Positions 24,843-33,119 of a DNA stretch of 33,119 nucleotides are shown here, in pieces; within the stretch, counting starts at the first letter, position 1; each line of letters begins with the position of its first letter. Under the pieces are notes generated by a model. It was not told the origin of the DNA. It saw nothing but the letters and a program-made list of their open reading frames with translations, and made no database searches. The position numbers and the translations under genes are program-made. The stretch is from the NCBI GenBank assembly GCA_041082215.1, contig JBDOIF010000025.1:1-33119 (forward strand), read 5' to 3'. Source of the DNA: Anaerolineae bacterium (GTDB taxonomy: Bacteria > Chloroflexota > Anaerolineae > B4-G1 > DUEL01).

Positions 24843-27584
24843 TTATGGGGAGTAGTTGCGCAGGACGAGGGGCAGGTAGATGTAGTAGGTGTGCTCATCA
24901 TCGTCCAGCCAGGCCGGCAGGCCATCCCCATCGGCATCCCTTGTCCCCTCCTGAGCATCGGGCAGGCCATCCCCGTCGGCGTCCTCGTCCAGATAGTTGG
25001 GAATCCCGTCCCCATCCACGTCGTTATCCTCACAGTTGGGAATCGAGTCGTTGTCGGTGTCGGCGGTGCAGTTGGTGGCCAGCTTGTCGTCGCTCCCGCC
25101 ACTGTAGTACTCGTCGTCGTCCGGGATCCGGTCGTTATCGGAGTCAGCGTCCAGATAGTCCGGGGTATGATCCCCATCGGCATCACCCGCTCCTTCGACG
25201 TTGTCGGGGATGCCGTCCCCGTCCGAATCGGTGTCCAGGTAGTTGGGGGTGGAGTCGCCGTCGGCGTCGCCCGTCCCCTCGACGCTGTCGGGGATGCCGT
25301 CCCCATCGGCGTCGGTGTCCAGGTAGTTGGGCGTTCCGTCGCCATCGGCATCGCCGGCCCCCTCCACCTCATCGGGGATGCCGTCCCCATCGGCATCGGT
25401 ATCCTGGAAGTTGGGCGTGCCATCCCCATCGGCGTCGCCAGCCCCCTCCACGTCGTCGGGGATGCCGTCCCCGTCGGCGTCGCCGCCGGGTGGCTGGACA
25501 ACCACCTCAGCGATCTGATAGCGGCAGAGGGAGTGAGCAGGGTCGGAAAGGATGCCGGTCATCTCGCAGAAGGGAAGCTGATGGTCCGGGTCCACCGGAT
25601 CGGTGGTGCTGATGCCGTCGTAGCTGAACACCGCCGATCCGATGCGCTCCCCATCAACGGTGACCAGCATTCTGGAGTAGGTGATCACGTTGCCGCTCTG
25701 GTCCACCTCGTACTCCCGCAGCTCAAACCAGGTGGTCGTGCCGGTGGACAGGTTTTCGATGTCCGTGTAGTTGATCCCCGGAGGCCCCCAGATTCCCTGT
25801 TCAGGGCTGGCGCTGGCCTGGGCGTAGGCGGTGCCCTGGCAGGACCCGTCAGGGCAGGGGACGCGGGAGGTGGCGTAGGTGGTGATGGAGACAGTAAGGT
25901 GGGCGCTGCTGGTGACCGTCGTCGTGCCGCTGAGGACCTCGACAGCGCCGAACCAGCGCTGGGAGACACGGGCGTCGCCGGGCGCGGTGCCGAAGTCGTT
26001 ATCCTGATGGACGGTTGCCTTGTTCAGCGGAGCGGTATCCCGGGAGAAGATGTCGTCGTTGCCGTTGGCATCCAGGAGGTTGCCGGCGATGTAGGGCATG
26101 GAGAGCAGGTCGGCGGCGTGGTTGGCCTCGCTGAAGTAGACACGGTTGGCGATGCCGAAGTCCCTGTTATAGGTGATGGTGTTGGTCAGGATGAAGGGGG
26201 AGGCCCCCCAGTTGTAGATGCCGGTGAGGGTGTTGCCGGAGATAACGTTATAGGCGATCAGGTTGTCGCCAGTAGCGGGGGTGGTGGAGACAGTGTTGCG
26301 GTGGGTGAGCTGGTTGACGATGCCGTAGAGGTCGTTGCCGACGATGGTGTTGCTGATCACCCGGTTGCCCTGGGGCGGGTCGTTGAAGCCGGAGAGCCGG
26401 ACCCCGTGGTAGTTGTACCGGATGATATTGGCCCGGCCGGTGGCGGCATCGGTGTTGGTGAAACCGATGAAGTTATCGTGGGCTCCGTCCTCGATCTCGA
26501 TCCCGCCGTCCCCGGCGTCGGGGTAGGCCCCGTTGCCCAGGTCGGCGCCGGCGGGGTTGGTGCCGATATAGTTGCCAAAGATGCGGTTGGCGTAGCAGTT
26601 GGGGCCATCGAAGAAGATGCCGGCGCGGGTGTTGCCGCCGATGATATTGGCATCGTCATCGCTCAGGCCGCCGATGAGGTTGTCGTGCCCGCCGAAGCCG
26701 GAGCACTGGATGCCGTCGCGGCCGTCGGAGTAGCCGGTGCCGTTGGGGATGGCGGCGGTCCCGGCGGCGTTGGTGCCGATCCGGTTGCCGGCGATCACGT
26801 TCCCAAAGGCCCCTCCCTCGATCAGGACGCCGTTGCGCCGGTTGCCTGAGATGGTGTTGCCCCGGATGGTGGCGGTCATCGCTCCGTACAGATAGAGGCC
26901 GTCCCGATCGTTGGGCTGGGCAGCGCTTCCATCGGCAGTCACCCCGATCAGGTTGCCCACAATCTGGACACTGGCGGCACTGTTCACCCCGATGCCGCTG
27001 TAGGCGTTACCGGAAGCACGGCTGTTGATAACCCTGGTGCCATTGGCGTTCTCGACGTAGACCCCGTAGTAGCCGTTGGAGAGGACGGTGGTATGGCTGA
27101 TCAGGCAGTCGTTGACAGTGTACGATGCCCCCTGGAGATAGATGCCGTGGCCGGTGAATTGCTGGATGACGAGGTTCTGGATCACGTTGCCGGAGGAGCG
27201 GACGCGGATGCCGCTGATCCCGGAAGTGCTGCCGCCATAGGAGAGGGTAACGTCGGGCGTGTCATCGCCGTCCACATCCCCGTTGATGGTGGTGCTGACG
27301 CTACCGGATCCCTCAATGGTCAAAACGGAACCGGTAATAACGATGGTCTGACCGGCCAGGGAGGGATCGAATGAGATCGTGTCGGGGCCGGGATTGGCAT
27401 TGGCGGCAGTGATCGCCTCCCGTAATGAGCAGTGGGTCGCGTTGCAGGTGCCGTCGTTGACGTCGTCGGTGCTGTTGACCGTGTAGCTGCCAGCGCGGGT
27501 AGGCGACGCCAGCAAGAGCACAAAGCCCAGGGCCAGGGCCATGGCGATAAAGAAGGGAACAAAAGCCTGTCTCATCCTCTGCAT
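24843..27584 (-). CDS. Secreted/surface protein: CSLREA domain, right-handed parallel beta-helix, thrombospondin-type-3-like Ca-binding repeats, C-terminal YIYLPLVLR motif
   Basis: Signal peptide; VNSTDD...CNATHCSLREAITAAN; repeated 'I.GN.IG.N..G' beta-helix turns; DADGDG repeats. ATG 27584 behind GGAGG. Confidence 0.9.
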   Translation of the reverse strand: MQRMRQAFVPFFIAMALALGFVLLLASPTRAGSYTVNSTDDVNDGTCNATHCSLREAITAANANPGPDTISFDPSLAGQTIVITGSVLTIEGSGSVSTTINGDVDGDDTPDVTLSYGGSTSGISGIRVRSSGNVIQNLVIQQFTGHGIYLQGASYTVNDCLISHTTVLSNGYYGVYVENANGTRVINSRASGNAYSGIGVNSAASVQIVGNLIGVTADGSAAQPNDRDGLYLYGAMTATIRGNTISGNRRNGVLIEGGAFGNVIAGNRIGTNAAGTAAIPNGTGYSDGRDGIQCSGFGGHDNLIGGLSDDDANIIGGNTRAGIFFDGPNCYANRIFGNYIGTNPAGADLGNGAYPDAGDGGIEIEDGAHDNFIGFTNTDAATGRANIIRYNYHGVRLSGFNDPPQGNRVISNTIVGNDLYGIVNQLTHRNTVSTTPATGDNLIAYNVISGNTLTGIYNWGASPFILTNTITYNRDFGIANRVYFSEANHAADLLSMPYIAGNLLDANGNDDIFSRDTAPLNKATVHQDNDFGTAPGDARVSQRWFGAVEVLSGTTTVTSSAHLTVSITTYATSRVPCPDGSCQGTAYAQASASPEQGIWGPPGINYTDIENLSTGTTTWFELREYEVDQSGNVITYSRMLVTVDGERIGSAVFSYDGISTTDPVDPDHQLPFCEMTGILSDPAHSLCRYQIAEVVVQPPGGDADGDGIPDDVEGAGDADGDGTPNFQDTDADGDGIPDEVEGAGDADGDGTPNYLDTDADGDGIPDSVEGTGDADGDSTPNYLDTDSDGDGIPDNVEGAGDADGDHTPDYLDADSDNDRIPDDDEYYSGGSDDKLATNCTADTDNDSIPNCEDNDVDGDGIPNYLDEDADGDGLPDAQEGTRDADGDGLPAWLDDDEHTYYIYLPLVLRNYSP
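24900..25482 (-). repeat. Coding tandem repeats (84-bp/28-aa DxDGDG units)
   Basis: [32 protein letters not shown] unit repeated. Confidence 0.85.
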
Positions 27585-27718
27585 ACCAACCTCCTTATAA
27601 TTCCTGCCACGGAGTACAGAAAACACGGATTCCTACACATCAGCCCGGAGCCAGAAGCCCCGGGCTGATGGCTCAAACCCCTTTACAAAGGTCGAACCAT
27701 CCTCCGGACTCCCATCCT

Positions 27719-30700
27719 CTAGTTCCTGTTGGCCAGGATGACGGGGAGGAAGATGCGGTAGGTGTAGGCGGTCGTGCCCCCCTCGTCGTCTGGATCGAGG
27801 AAATCGGGGATCCCGTCGCCGTCCGAATCGCAGGTGCCCTCTTCGGCGTCCGGCTTCCCATCGCCATCTGAATCCAGGTCCAGGTAGTTGGGCGTGCCAT
27901 CGCCGTCGGCATCCCGGTCCCGCTCGTCCACGGCCCCGTCCCCATTGGCGTCGGTGTTCCACTCCACCCGGTCGAGGATTCCATCCCCATCGGAGTCGGA
28001 GTCCAGGAAGTTGGGGGTGCCGTCCCCGTCAGCGTCGCCCGCCCCCTCAACCGCATCGGGGATCGTGTCGCCGTCGGAGTCCAGGTCCAGGAAGTTGGGG
28101 GTGCCGTCGCCGTCAGCGTCGTCCGCCCCCTCAACCGCATCAGGGATCATGTCGCCGTCGGAGTCCAGGTCCAGGAAGTTGGGGGTGCCGTCCCCGTCGG
28201 CGTCGTCCGCCCCCTCAACCGCATCGGGGATCGTGTCGCCGTCGGAGTCGGAGTCCAGGTAGTTGGGGGTGCCATCCCCATCGGCGTCGCCGGTCCCCTC
28301 GACAAGGTCCGGGATATTGTCGTTGTCGGAGTCGGAATCCAGATAATCGGGGGTGCCATCCCCGTCGGCGTCGGAGTCATCCGGTACGACGGAGACGGTC
28401 TCTTCGTCCTCATCCCCCGCCGTCCTGCCCAGGCCATCCCGCCCGGTCGCGGAGGCGGCATAGGTGGTGCTCTCCTCCGGGACCACGGTCTCATCGCAGG
28501 AGAAGCTCTCGCCCGGTTCCAGTTCGGCCAGGATGCAGAGGGTGTAATCGTCGGCCGGGTCGGTCGGGGTGCCATTGTCGAAGGCGATGGAGACGTTGTA
28601 GAGAGAGGTGTCGCCGATGTTGGTCGCCACGAAGGTGAGGACCACCGCATCTCCGGCACGGACTTCGCCGACGGAGGGGGTAAGGGAGAGCCGCAGGGCC
28701 GGATGGAGGACGTCGGTGGAGACGGCAGCGTCGTCGGTCACTTCAGCCCCCAGCGCGTCGGTGCCGGCGGCGGTGAAGGCGGCGACGAAGGGATCGCCGT
28801 TCGTCGGGACAACGGCTGTGGGGCTCAGATGGACAACCCCACCCGCCGGGATCGTCCCCTCCCACAGCCCTCCGTCGGGCAGGGGCAGGGCGACCTGGAG
28901 GGGGGTGTTGCCGGTGTTGTGGAGGGTGAGCTGGTAGGCGACCGTATCCCCCTCGTGGGCCATCGCAGGGCCGGTGGCGGAAAGCTCCAGGCCGGGCCGA
29001 AGGATCGCCAGGGTGTGGGTGTCTTCTGCGTGGGCCTCACCCCCCAGGTAGGGTTCGGTGCCGGAGGCGGAGGCGGTGCTTTCCACCACGTCGGCAAGCC
29101 CCGCCGGGACCCGATAGGTCGCCTCGCAGTTTCGGGTCTCTCCCGGCTCCAGGGTGCCGAGGAGGCAGACCTGCCCACCCAGTTGGGGATCGCTCACTGC
29201 GACCCCATCGAGGGGGACGTTGCCGGTGTTGGTGACGGTGTAGAGGAAGGTGAGGTTGTCCCCCTCGTGGGCCATCGCGGGGCCGCTCTTATCCAGGGCC
29301 AGTGAGGGCGCGGGGTGGATGTTGCCCAGCCAGGCGTGGCCGATGCCGCCGGAGCCGACGGTGACCGCCTGGGAGATGCCGGTGGTGGCGTACCAGCCCT
29401 GCTGGAGGACCTCCTGAACGAAATAGCCGCCGGGCTGGATGTCGGGTGGGTTCCGGTCGGGGTGGGAGCTGAAGACGACGGTGCCGTCCTCGCCGGTGGT
29501 CCCTTGCATACCGACGACAATGGAGCCATCCTCCCGGTAGAGCTGGAGCTCCCAACCGCTCAGGGGAGGCTCCCCGGCGTCGGGTGAGCCGTCCCGGTCG
29601 CTGTCCTGGAAGACGTGGCCGACGATCACCGGCAGCTTGATCTGGCCGAAATGGAAGGAGCGGCTCTCGTTGGCGCCGAGGGTGAACTCCACATCCAGTG
29701 GCGTGGTGGCATACCAGCCGGAGAGAAGGGCCTGTTCGATGCGGTAGGTGCCGGCGCTCAGGCCGGTGAACCGGGCAGTGCCGGAGCCGTCGGTGGTCCG
29801 GGTGGCGTGGAGCACCCAGGACAAGCCGACCTGCCGGTACAGTCGGACCGTCCATCCCTCCAGCAGAGGCTCGCCCGCGTCATAGGCCCCGTTCATGTTG
29901 TAATCGTCGAAACTGAGGCTGGAGACGCTCCCGGTGCCGGTCCAGCTAGCGATGGCGTAGGCCTGTACAGGGCCGAGAGTCTGCTGCCCAAGGACCAGCT
30001 TCTGCTTGTTGGCCTCGGTGCCCACAAAGACAGTGCCCACCGGCAGGAGCATCTGGGCAGTGGCGGTGATGTTGGAGGTGACGTCGGGGGTGTCGTAAGT
30101 GAGGGTGAAGGTAGCCTGACCGTTCTCGTCGGTGGTGACGGTGGAGGGGACAGGAGCGCCCAGGTTGGCCTCCAGTGTGACCTCCTGGCCGCTCACCGGT
30201 TCGCCGCCCCGGGTCACCGTCACGGTGAAGAGCTGGGTGGCGTTGACCGGATTGACGGCGCTGGCAGGAGTGATGGAGAGCGCGGGCTGGTCAGCAGTGC
30301 AGGGGTCCTGGGGGACGGCGTTGATGATCTGCCAGGCGCGGGCGCCGACGGTGGTCGAAGCATCGGGGTCAAAGCCGTCGGAGAAATGCCAGACCGCCGC
30401 CTGGCGGGCGGCCATCTCCTGTCCGATGTTGCTCAGCGCATCGGGCCGGTCCGGCCAGGGGGTGTATCCGCTCAGACGGGGTGGGTAGTGGAGGAGGAGC
30501 CAGCGGATCTCACAGGCCATCACCTCATCGCTGGTGATGAACGTGTCCCCTGACCTGACATGATGGCGCAGGTCGGTACAGAAGCTGGCGACCAGGGCTC
30601 CGCCTGTGATCTGGAACTTCATCGTGCCGCCTGTATAGGTAGCAGTGCTCCCGTCGAGCGTGCCCCGGATCTGGCTGTATGGCCCCAGGCCAGTGAACGT

Positions 30701-30790
30701 GCCGGTCTCTCCAGCCGCGAGGGCGAGGGGAACCGATACGATCAGCCAGCCGACAACGCCAACCATCAGGAGAGATCGTAACTTTTTCAT
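27719..30790 (-). CDS. Surface adhesin: thioester (TQXA/TED) domain, two SdrD-B-like domains, three DUF11-like Ig domains, TSP3-like repeats, C-terminal YRIFLPVIL motif
   Basis: Signal peptide; SFCTDL...[12 protein letters not shown]...PVGTVFV...[31 protein letters not shown] and [24 protein letters not shown]; three (T/H)N(T/I)G(N/D) Ig repeats. Start is 30790 or 30811, because ATG 30835 overlaps a TATAAT box. Confidence 0.88.
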   Translation of the reverse strand: MKKLRSLLMVGVVGWLIVSVPLALAAGETGTFTGLGPYSQIRGTLDGSTATYTGGTMKFQITGGALVASFCTDLRHHVRSGDTFITSDEVMACEIRWLLLHYPPRLSGYTPWPDRPDALSNIGQEMAARQAAVWHFSDGFDPDASTTVGARAWQIINAVPQDPCTADQPALSITPASAVNPVNATQLFTVTVTRGGEPVSGQEVTLEANLGAPVPSTVTTDENGQATFTLTYDTPDVTSNITATAQMLLPVGTVFVGTEANKQKLVLGQQTLGPVQAYAIASWTGTGSVSSLSFDDYNMNGAYDAGEPLLEGWTVRLYRQVGLSWVLHATRTTDGSGTARFTGLSAGTYRIEQALLSGWYATTPLDVEFTLGANESRSFHFGQIKLPVIVGHVFQDSDRDGSPDAGEPPLSGWELQLYREDGSIVVGMQGTTGEDGTVVFSSHPDRNPPDIQPGGYFVQEVLQQGWYATTGISQAVTVGSGGIGHAWLGNIHPAPSLALDKSGPAMAHEGDNLTFLYTVTNTGNVPLDGVAVSDPQLGGQVCLLGTLEPGETRNCEATYRVPAGLADVVESTASASGTEPYLGGEAHAEDTHTLAILRPGLELSATGPAMAHEGDTVAYQLTLHNTGNTPLQVALPLPDGGLWEGTIPAGGVVHLSPTAVVPTNGDPFVAAFTAAGTDALGAEVTDDAAVSTDVLHPALRLSLTPSVGEVRAGDAVVLTFVATNIGDTSLYNVSIAFDNGTPTDPADDYTLCILAELEPGESFSCDETVVPEESTTYAASATGRDGLGRTAGDEDEETVSVVPDDSDADGDGTPDYLDSDSDNDNIPDLVEGTGDADGDGTPNYLDSDSDGDTIPDAVEGADDADGDGTPNFLDLDSDGDMIPDAVEGADDADGDGTPNFLDLDSDGDTIPDAVEGAGDADGDGTPNFLDSDSDGDGILDRVEWNTDANGDGAVDERDRDADGDGTPNYLDLDSDGDGKPDAEEGTCDSDGDGIPDFLDPDDEGGTTAYTYRIFLPVILANRN
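27790..28380 (-). repeat. Coding tandem repeats (84-bp/28-aa DxDGDG units), central copies nearly identical
   Basis: [18 protein letters not shown](M/T)IPDAVEGA(D/G) repeated. Confidence 0.88.
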
Positions 30791-30997
30791 CCTACCCGAA
30801 CTCCTTCCCATCAATCCGCCTTTCTTCAAGCCCATTATAACTCACCTTACCACTTTCTGCAAGATTAAAAGCAAAATTAATTCTAACCGTATTCTAACTT
30901 TGCTTACCTTCGGGGCAGCCCTGTGACGCCCGTCATTGGCGGGAGGAGGTGTGGAAGGTATACTTAAGGTTAGTTCAGAGAAGAACAGGTTTGGGAG

Positions 30998-31708
30998 ATG
31001 ACGTACTGGATGCTGCTGGCTCATCTGATCGGGGATTATGCCCTTCAGTGGGACGCGATCGCCCGCTGGAAGGCCCGTTCGGTAGTGGGGGTGCTGGCCC
31101 ACGGCGGGATCGTCGCCGCTGTCACCCTGGCAGGCGTGGTGTTGGTGGCTCCCTCCTGGTGGCCCTTTGCGTTGCTGATCGGCGCCATCCACACCGGGGT
31201 TGACCTCTTCCGGGCCCGCTTCCTGCAGACGACGGATCCTTTCCGGGAGTGGGTATGGTTCCTGGCAGACCAGGCCGCCCATTTAGGGACGATCCTGTTG
31301 GTGGTGGCCTGGGCCGGCCAGCTTGCTGGAGGTGGGCAGACCCCGGCGGCGAACAGCCCGGTTGCCCGCCGCTGGCTGGCTGTAGCGATTGGCTACCTCC
31401 TTCTGGCCCAGCCAGCCTGGGTTTTCCTCCGGCTGACGGTGCGGGCGCTGGGAGGGGGGCAGGCCGCCCCCCCCCTGGGGGAAGGGGAGAAGTATGGCCC
31501 AATGGTGGAGCGGCTCCTGATCGCCAGCGGAGTGCTCCTGGGCCACGTCTATCTGGTTCCCCTGGCGATCCTGCCTCGATACCTGGCCTCTTACCGCACA
31601 GGGGAGCAGGGATCATACGCCTGTGCAACGGTAGCCGGCCGCGTGGCCGAAACTGCTCTCAGCATCCTCCTGGCGCTGGCCGTCGGGCTGACCCTCCGCC
31701 TGTTCTAA
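30998..31708 (+). CDS. DUF3307 family membrane protein
   Basis: LLAHLIGDYALQ...K...LAHG...IHTGVD...FLADQAAH, and a later 'YGPMVER' motif. Confidence 0.82.
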   Translation: MTYWMLLAHLIGDYALQWDAIARWKARSVVGVLAHGGIVAAVTLAGVVLVAPSWWPFALLIGAIHTGVDLFRARFLQTTDPFREWVWFLADQAAHLGTILLVVAWAGQLAGGGQTPAANSPVARRWLAVAIGYLLLAQPAWVFLRLTVRALGGGQAAPPLGEGEKYGPMVERLLIASGVLLGHVYLVPLAILPRYLASYRTGEQGSYACATVAGRVAETALSILLALAVGLTLRLF

Positions 31709-31781
31709 ATGTAAGTTGACCGTCGGGACGCGGAAGATGCATCCGTGTTCTCTGTGTCCCTATAGTGAAACCCAAAACAGG

Positions 31782-31973
31782 GAGCGTATTTCAACTTCGG
31801 GGCGAGGGGTCCTCTCGCTCGCCGGTGGATCGCGAATCCCACGAATGGCCCGAATGCCGCGAACAGGAGGGATCCCTGCCCCATTCGCGGTATTCGTTTC
31901 CATTCGCGCCATTCGTGTTTCCCCAGGTCCGGCCCGGACCAGGGGCATCTCGCCCCCAGACTGAAACACGCCT
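31782..31973. mobile_element. MITE copy A2 (192 bp), inverted relative to A1
   Basis: IRs GAGCGTATTTCAACTTCGGGGCGAG / AGGCGTGTTTCAGTCTGGGGGCGAG. 9-bp flanking repeat CAAAACAGG / CGAAACAGG. Confidence 0.92.
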
Positions 31974-31989
31974 CGAAACAGGGGGCGGA

Positions 31990-32018
31990 TTGACGGGAGG
32001 GGCAGGGCAGGTTACAAT
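31990..32018 (+). promoter_or_regulatory. Sigma70-type promoter of the Crp/Fnr gene
   Basis: TTGACG-17 bp-TACAAT, 21 bp before ATG 32040. Confidence 0.75.
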
Positions 32019-32039
32019 AGGAACGGTCAGAGGAAGCCG

Positions 32040-32771
32040 ATGGATGCCGAGCTTTTTCTTCAATCGCTCCCCCTCTTTCAGGGAGTGAAAGAGGGGGCAC
32101 TGGCCCGCCTGGCCGCCGAATCCCGCTTCCGCCTCTTCCCGGCCGGCGCTCTCCTCTTCCGCCAGGGGGAGGCGGGCGCGACCTGCCATATCATCGCCCG
32201 CGGCCGGGTGCGGGTGTTCGTCGCCACTGAGGACGGACGGGAGCTATCGGTGCGCATCCTCGGGCCAGGGGAGATCGTGGGGGAGATGGCCGTCTTTGAG
32301 GACCTGCCCCGCTCGGCCAGCGTGGAGGCGCTGGAGGAGACCGAGGCGCTGGAGCTACACCGGGACGCACTGCTTCGGGCTGTGCGGGAAGACTCCACCC
32401 TCGCCCTCCGGCTGCTCCAATCCCTCAGCGCCCGATTACGGCACGCCACTGCCGAGGCGGAGGGGCTGGCTTCCCTTACCGTGGCGGAGCGTTTGATGCG
32501 CAGCCTGGAACAACTGGCCCAGTGGGCCGGCCGGTCGGTGGCGGGGGGTGTGCAGATCGCGCTCCCGCTGACTCAGCAGGAACTGGCTTCCCTCATCGGC
32601 ACAAGCCGGGAGAGCGTCAACCGCGCGCTGGCCCGCCTCCGCCGCCAGGGAAGGGTCCGGCTTGACGAAGGATGGGTGATCCTGCTGACTCCCCCAGCTC
32701 CCGCCGCAACCGCGCCACCTCGGTCGCCAGGTCCGGCTCCTCGGGATGGCGACGGGCCTGATGTTTCTTGA
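32040..32771 (+). CDS. Crp/Fnr family transcriptional regulator
   Basis: cNMP-binding motifs LFRQGE, GEIVGEMA, PRSASV; HTH LTQQELASLIGTSRESVNRAL. Confidence 0.93.
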   Translation: MDAELFLQSLPLFQGVKEGALARLAAESRFRLFPAGALLFRQGEAGATCHIIARGRVRVFVATEDGRELSVRILGPGEIVGEMAVFEDLPRSASVEALEETEALELHRDALLRAVREDSTLALRLLQSLSARLRHATAEAEGLASLTVAERLMRSLEQLAQWAGRSVAGGVQIALPLTQQELASLIGTSRESVNRALARLRRQGRVRLDEGWVILLTPPAPAATAPPRSPGPAPRDGDGPDVS

Positions 32772-33119
32772 AGGCCAGCTCGGCACAGAGCTGGTGTATC
32801 TGCCGCACGCGGCGTAGCCCCGCGATCCCTCCGCTCCGCAGCGCCTGCCACCGAGCCCGCCCCCGCCCGCCGGGGGCCGTCATCTGACGGTAGAGGGGTT
32901 CCGGCACTTCCCCCCTCAACTCAGTTACCAGGATGCGATGCTGGCGGGCCAGCACCCAGACCACCACACCCGCCATCGCCAGAACGCCGGCCAGGGTCCC
33001 CACTACGGTGAGGGGACTCAGCCCCAGCGCGTGCCGCACCGCCGTGTTGTGGAGGCCGTGGACGAGCATCGCCAGAAGAAGCCCGCTCAGGCCGACCGCC
33101 CAGCGGGGCCGACCCGTCT
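32617..33119 (-). CDS. PrsW-family intramembrane metalloprotease, C-terminal part (5' end outside window)
   Basis: TM helices with LLAMLVHGLHN (HxxxN motif) and a basic tail ELAFKK. The frame is open to the window edge. Confidence 0.7.
   Translation of the reverse strand, partial: TGRPRWAVGLSGLLLAMLVHGLHNTAVRHALGLSPLTVVGTLAGVLAMAGVVVWVLARQHRILVTELRGEVPEPLYRQMTAPGGRGRARWQALRSGGIAGLRRVRQIHQLCAELAFKKHQARRHPEEPDLATEVARLRRELGESAGSPILRQAGPFPGGGGGPARG

Noticed and set aside
20851..26849. Long opposite-strand ORFs 20851..23097 and 24891..26849
   Set aside because: Antisense shadows of the ABC binding protein and the CSLREA protein.
24900..28380. Regular 84-bp repeats as a possible CRISPR array
   Set aside because: They are in-frame coding DxDGDG repeats without unique spacers; no cas genes in the window.
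28400..29320. Intramolecular isopeptide bonds in the DUF11-like domains
   Set aside because: Only the first repeat has the first-strand Lys and none shows an obvious last-strand Asn; unsupported without a structure.
1..33119. tRNA, rRNA or riboswitch genes
   Set aside because: No cloverleaf, rRNA or known riboswitch signature was recognised by eye; an Infernal/Rfam scan would be needed to exclude them.

Overview
High-GC bacterial DNA, most consistent with Chloroflexota (Anaerolineae-like). The evidence is expanded GAF proteins, 'LPLV/LPVI' C-terminal tails on secreted proteins, and a DUF3090/histidine-phosphatase pair; this taxonomy is an inference. From left to right the window holds: (1) a minus-strand signalling cluster with two single-domain receivers, a sensor-HAMP-GAF histidine kinase, an orphan ParA/Soj ATPase and at least three membrane GAF 'receptors', the two complete ones lacking any output domain; (2) a PstS-like lipoprotein, uppP and hypE/hypD; (3) a solitary integron-type higBA cassette with an intact attC, then a PspC-domain gene and hypF, with no hypC; (4) apgM, a metallophosphoesterase, a thioesterase, a histidine phosphatase, DUF3090 and a peptide/nickel-type ABC binding protein with two permeases; (5) two large surface proteins, one with CSLREA/beta-helix domains and one a thioester-domain adhesin, both with Ca-binding DxDxDG repeats; (6) DUF3307, a Crp/Fnr regulator and a partial PrsW-like gene. 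The non-coding layer is rich. Three related MITEs with target-site duplications each sit 14-16 bp upstream of a sigma70-type -35 box. Several heptamer, nonamer and REP repeat families occur between genes and in-frame inside coding sequences.
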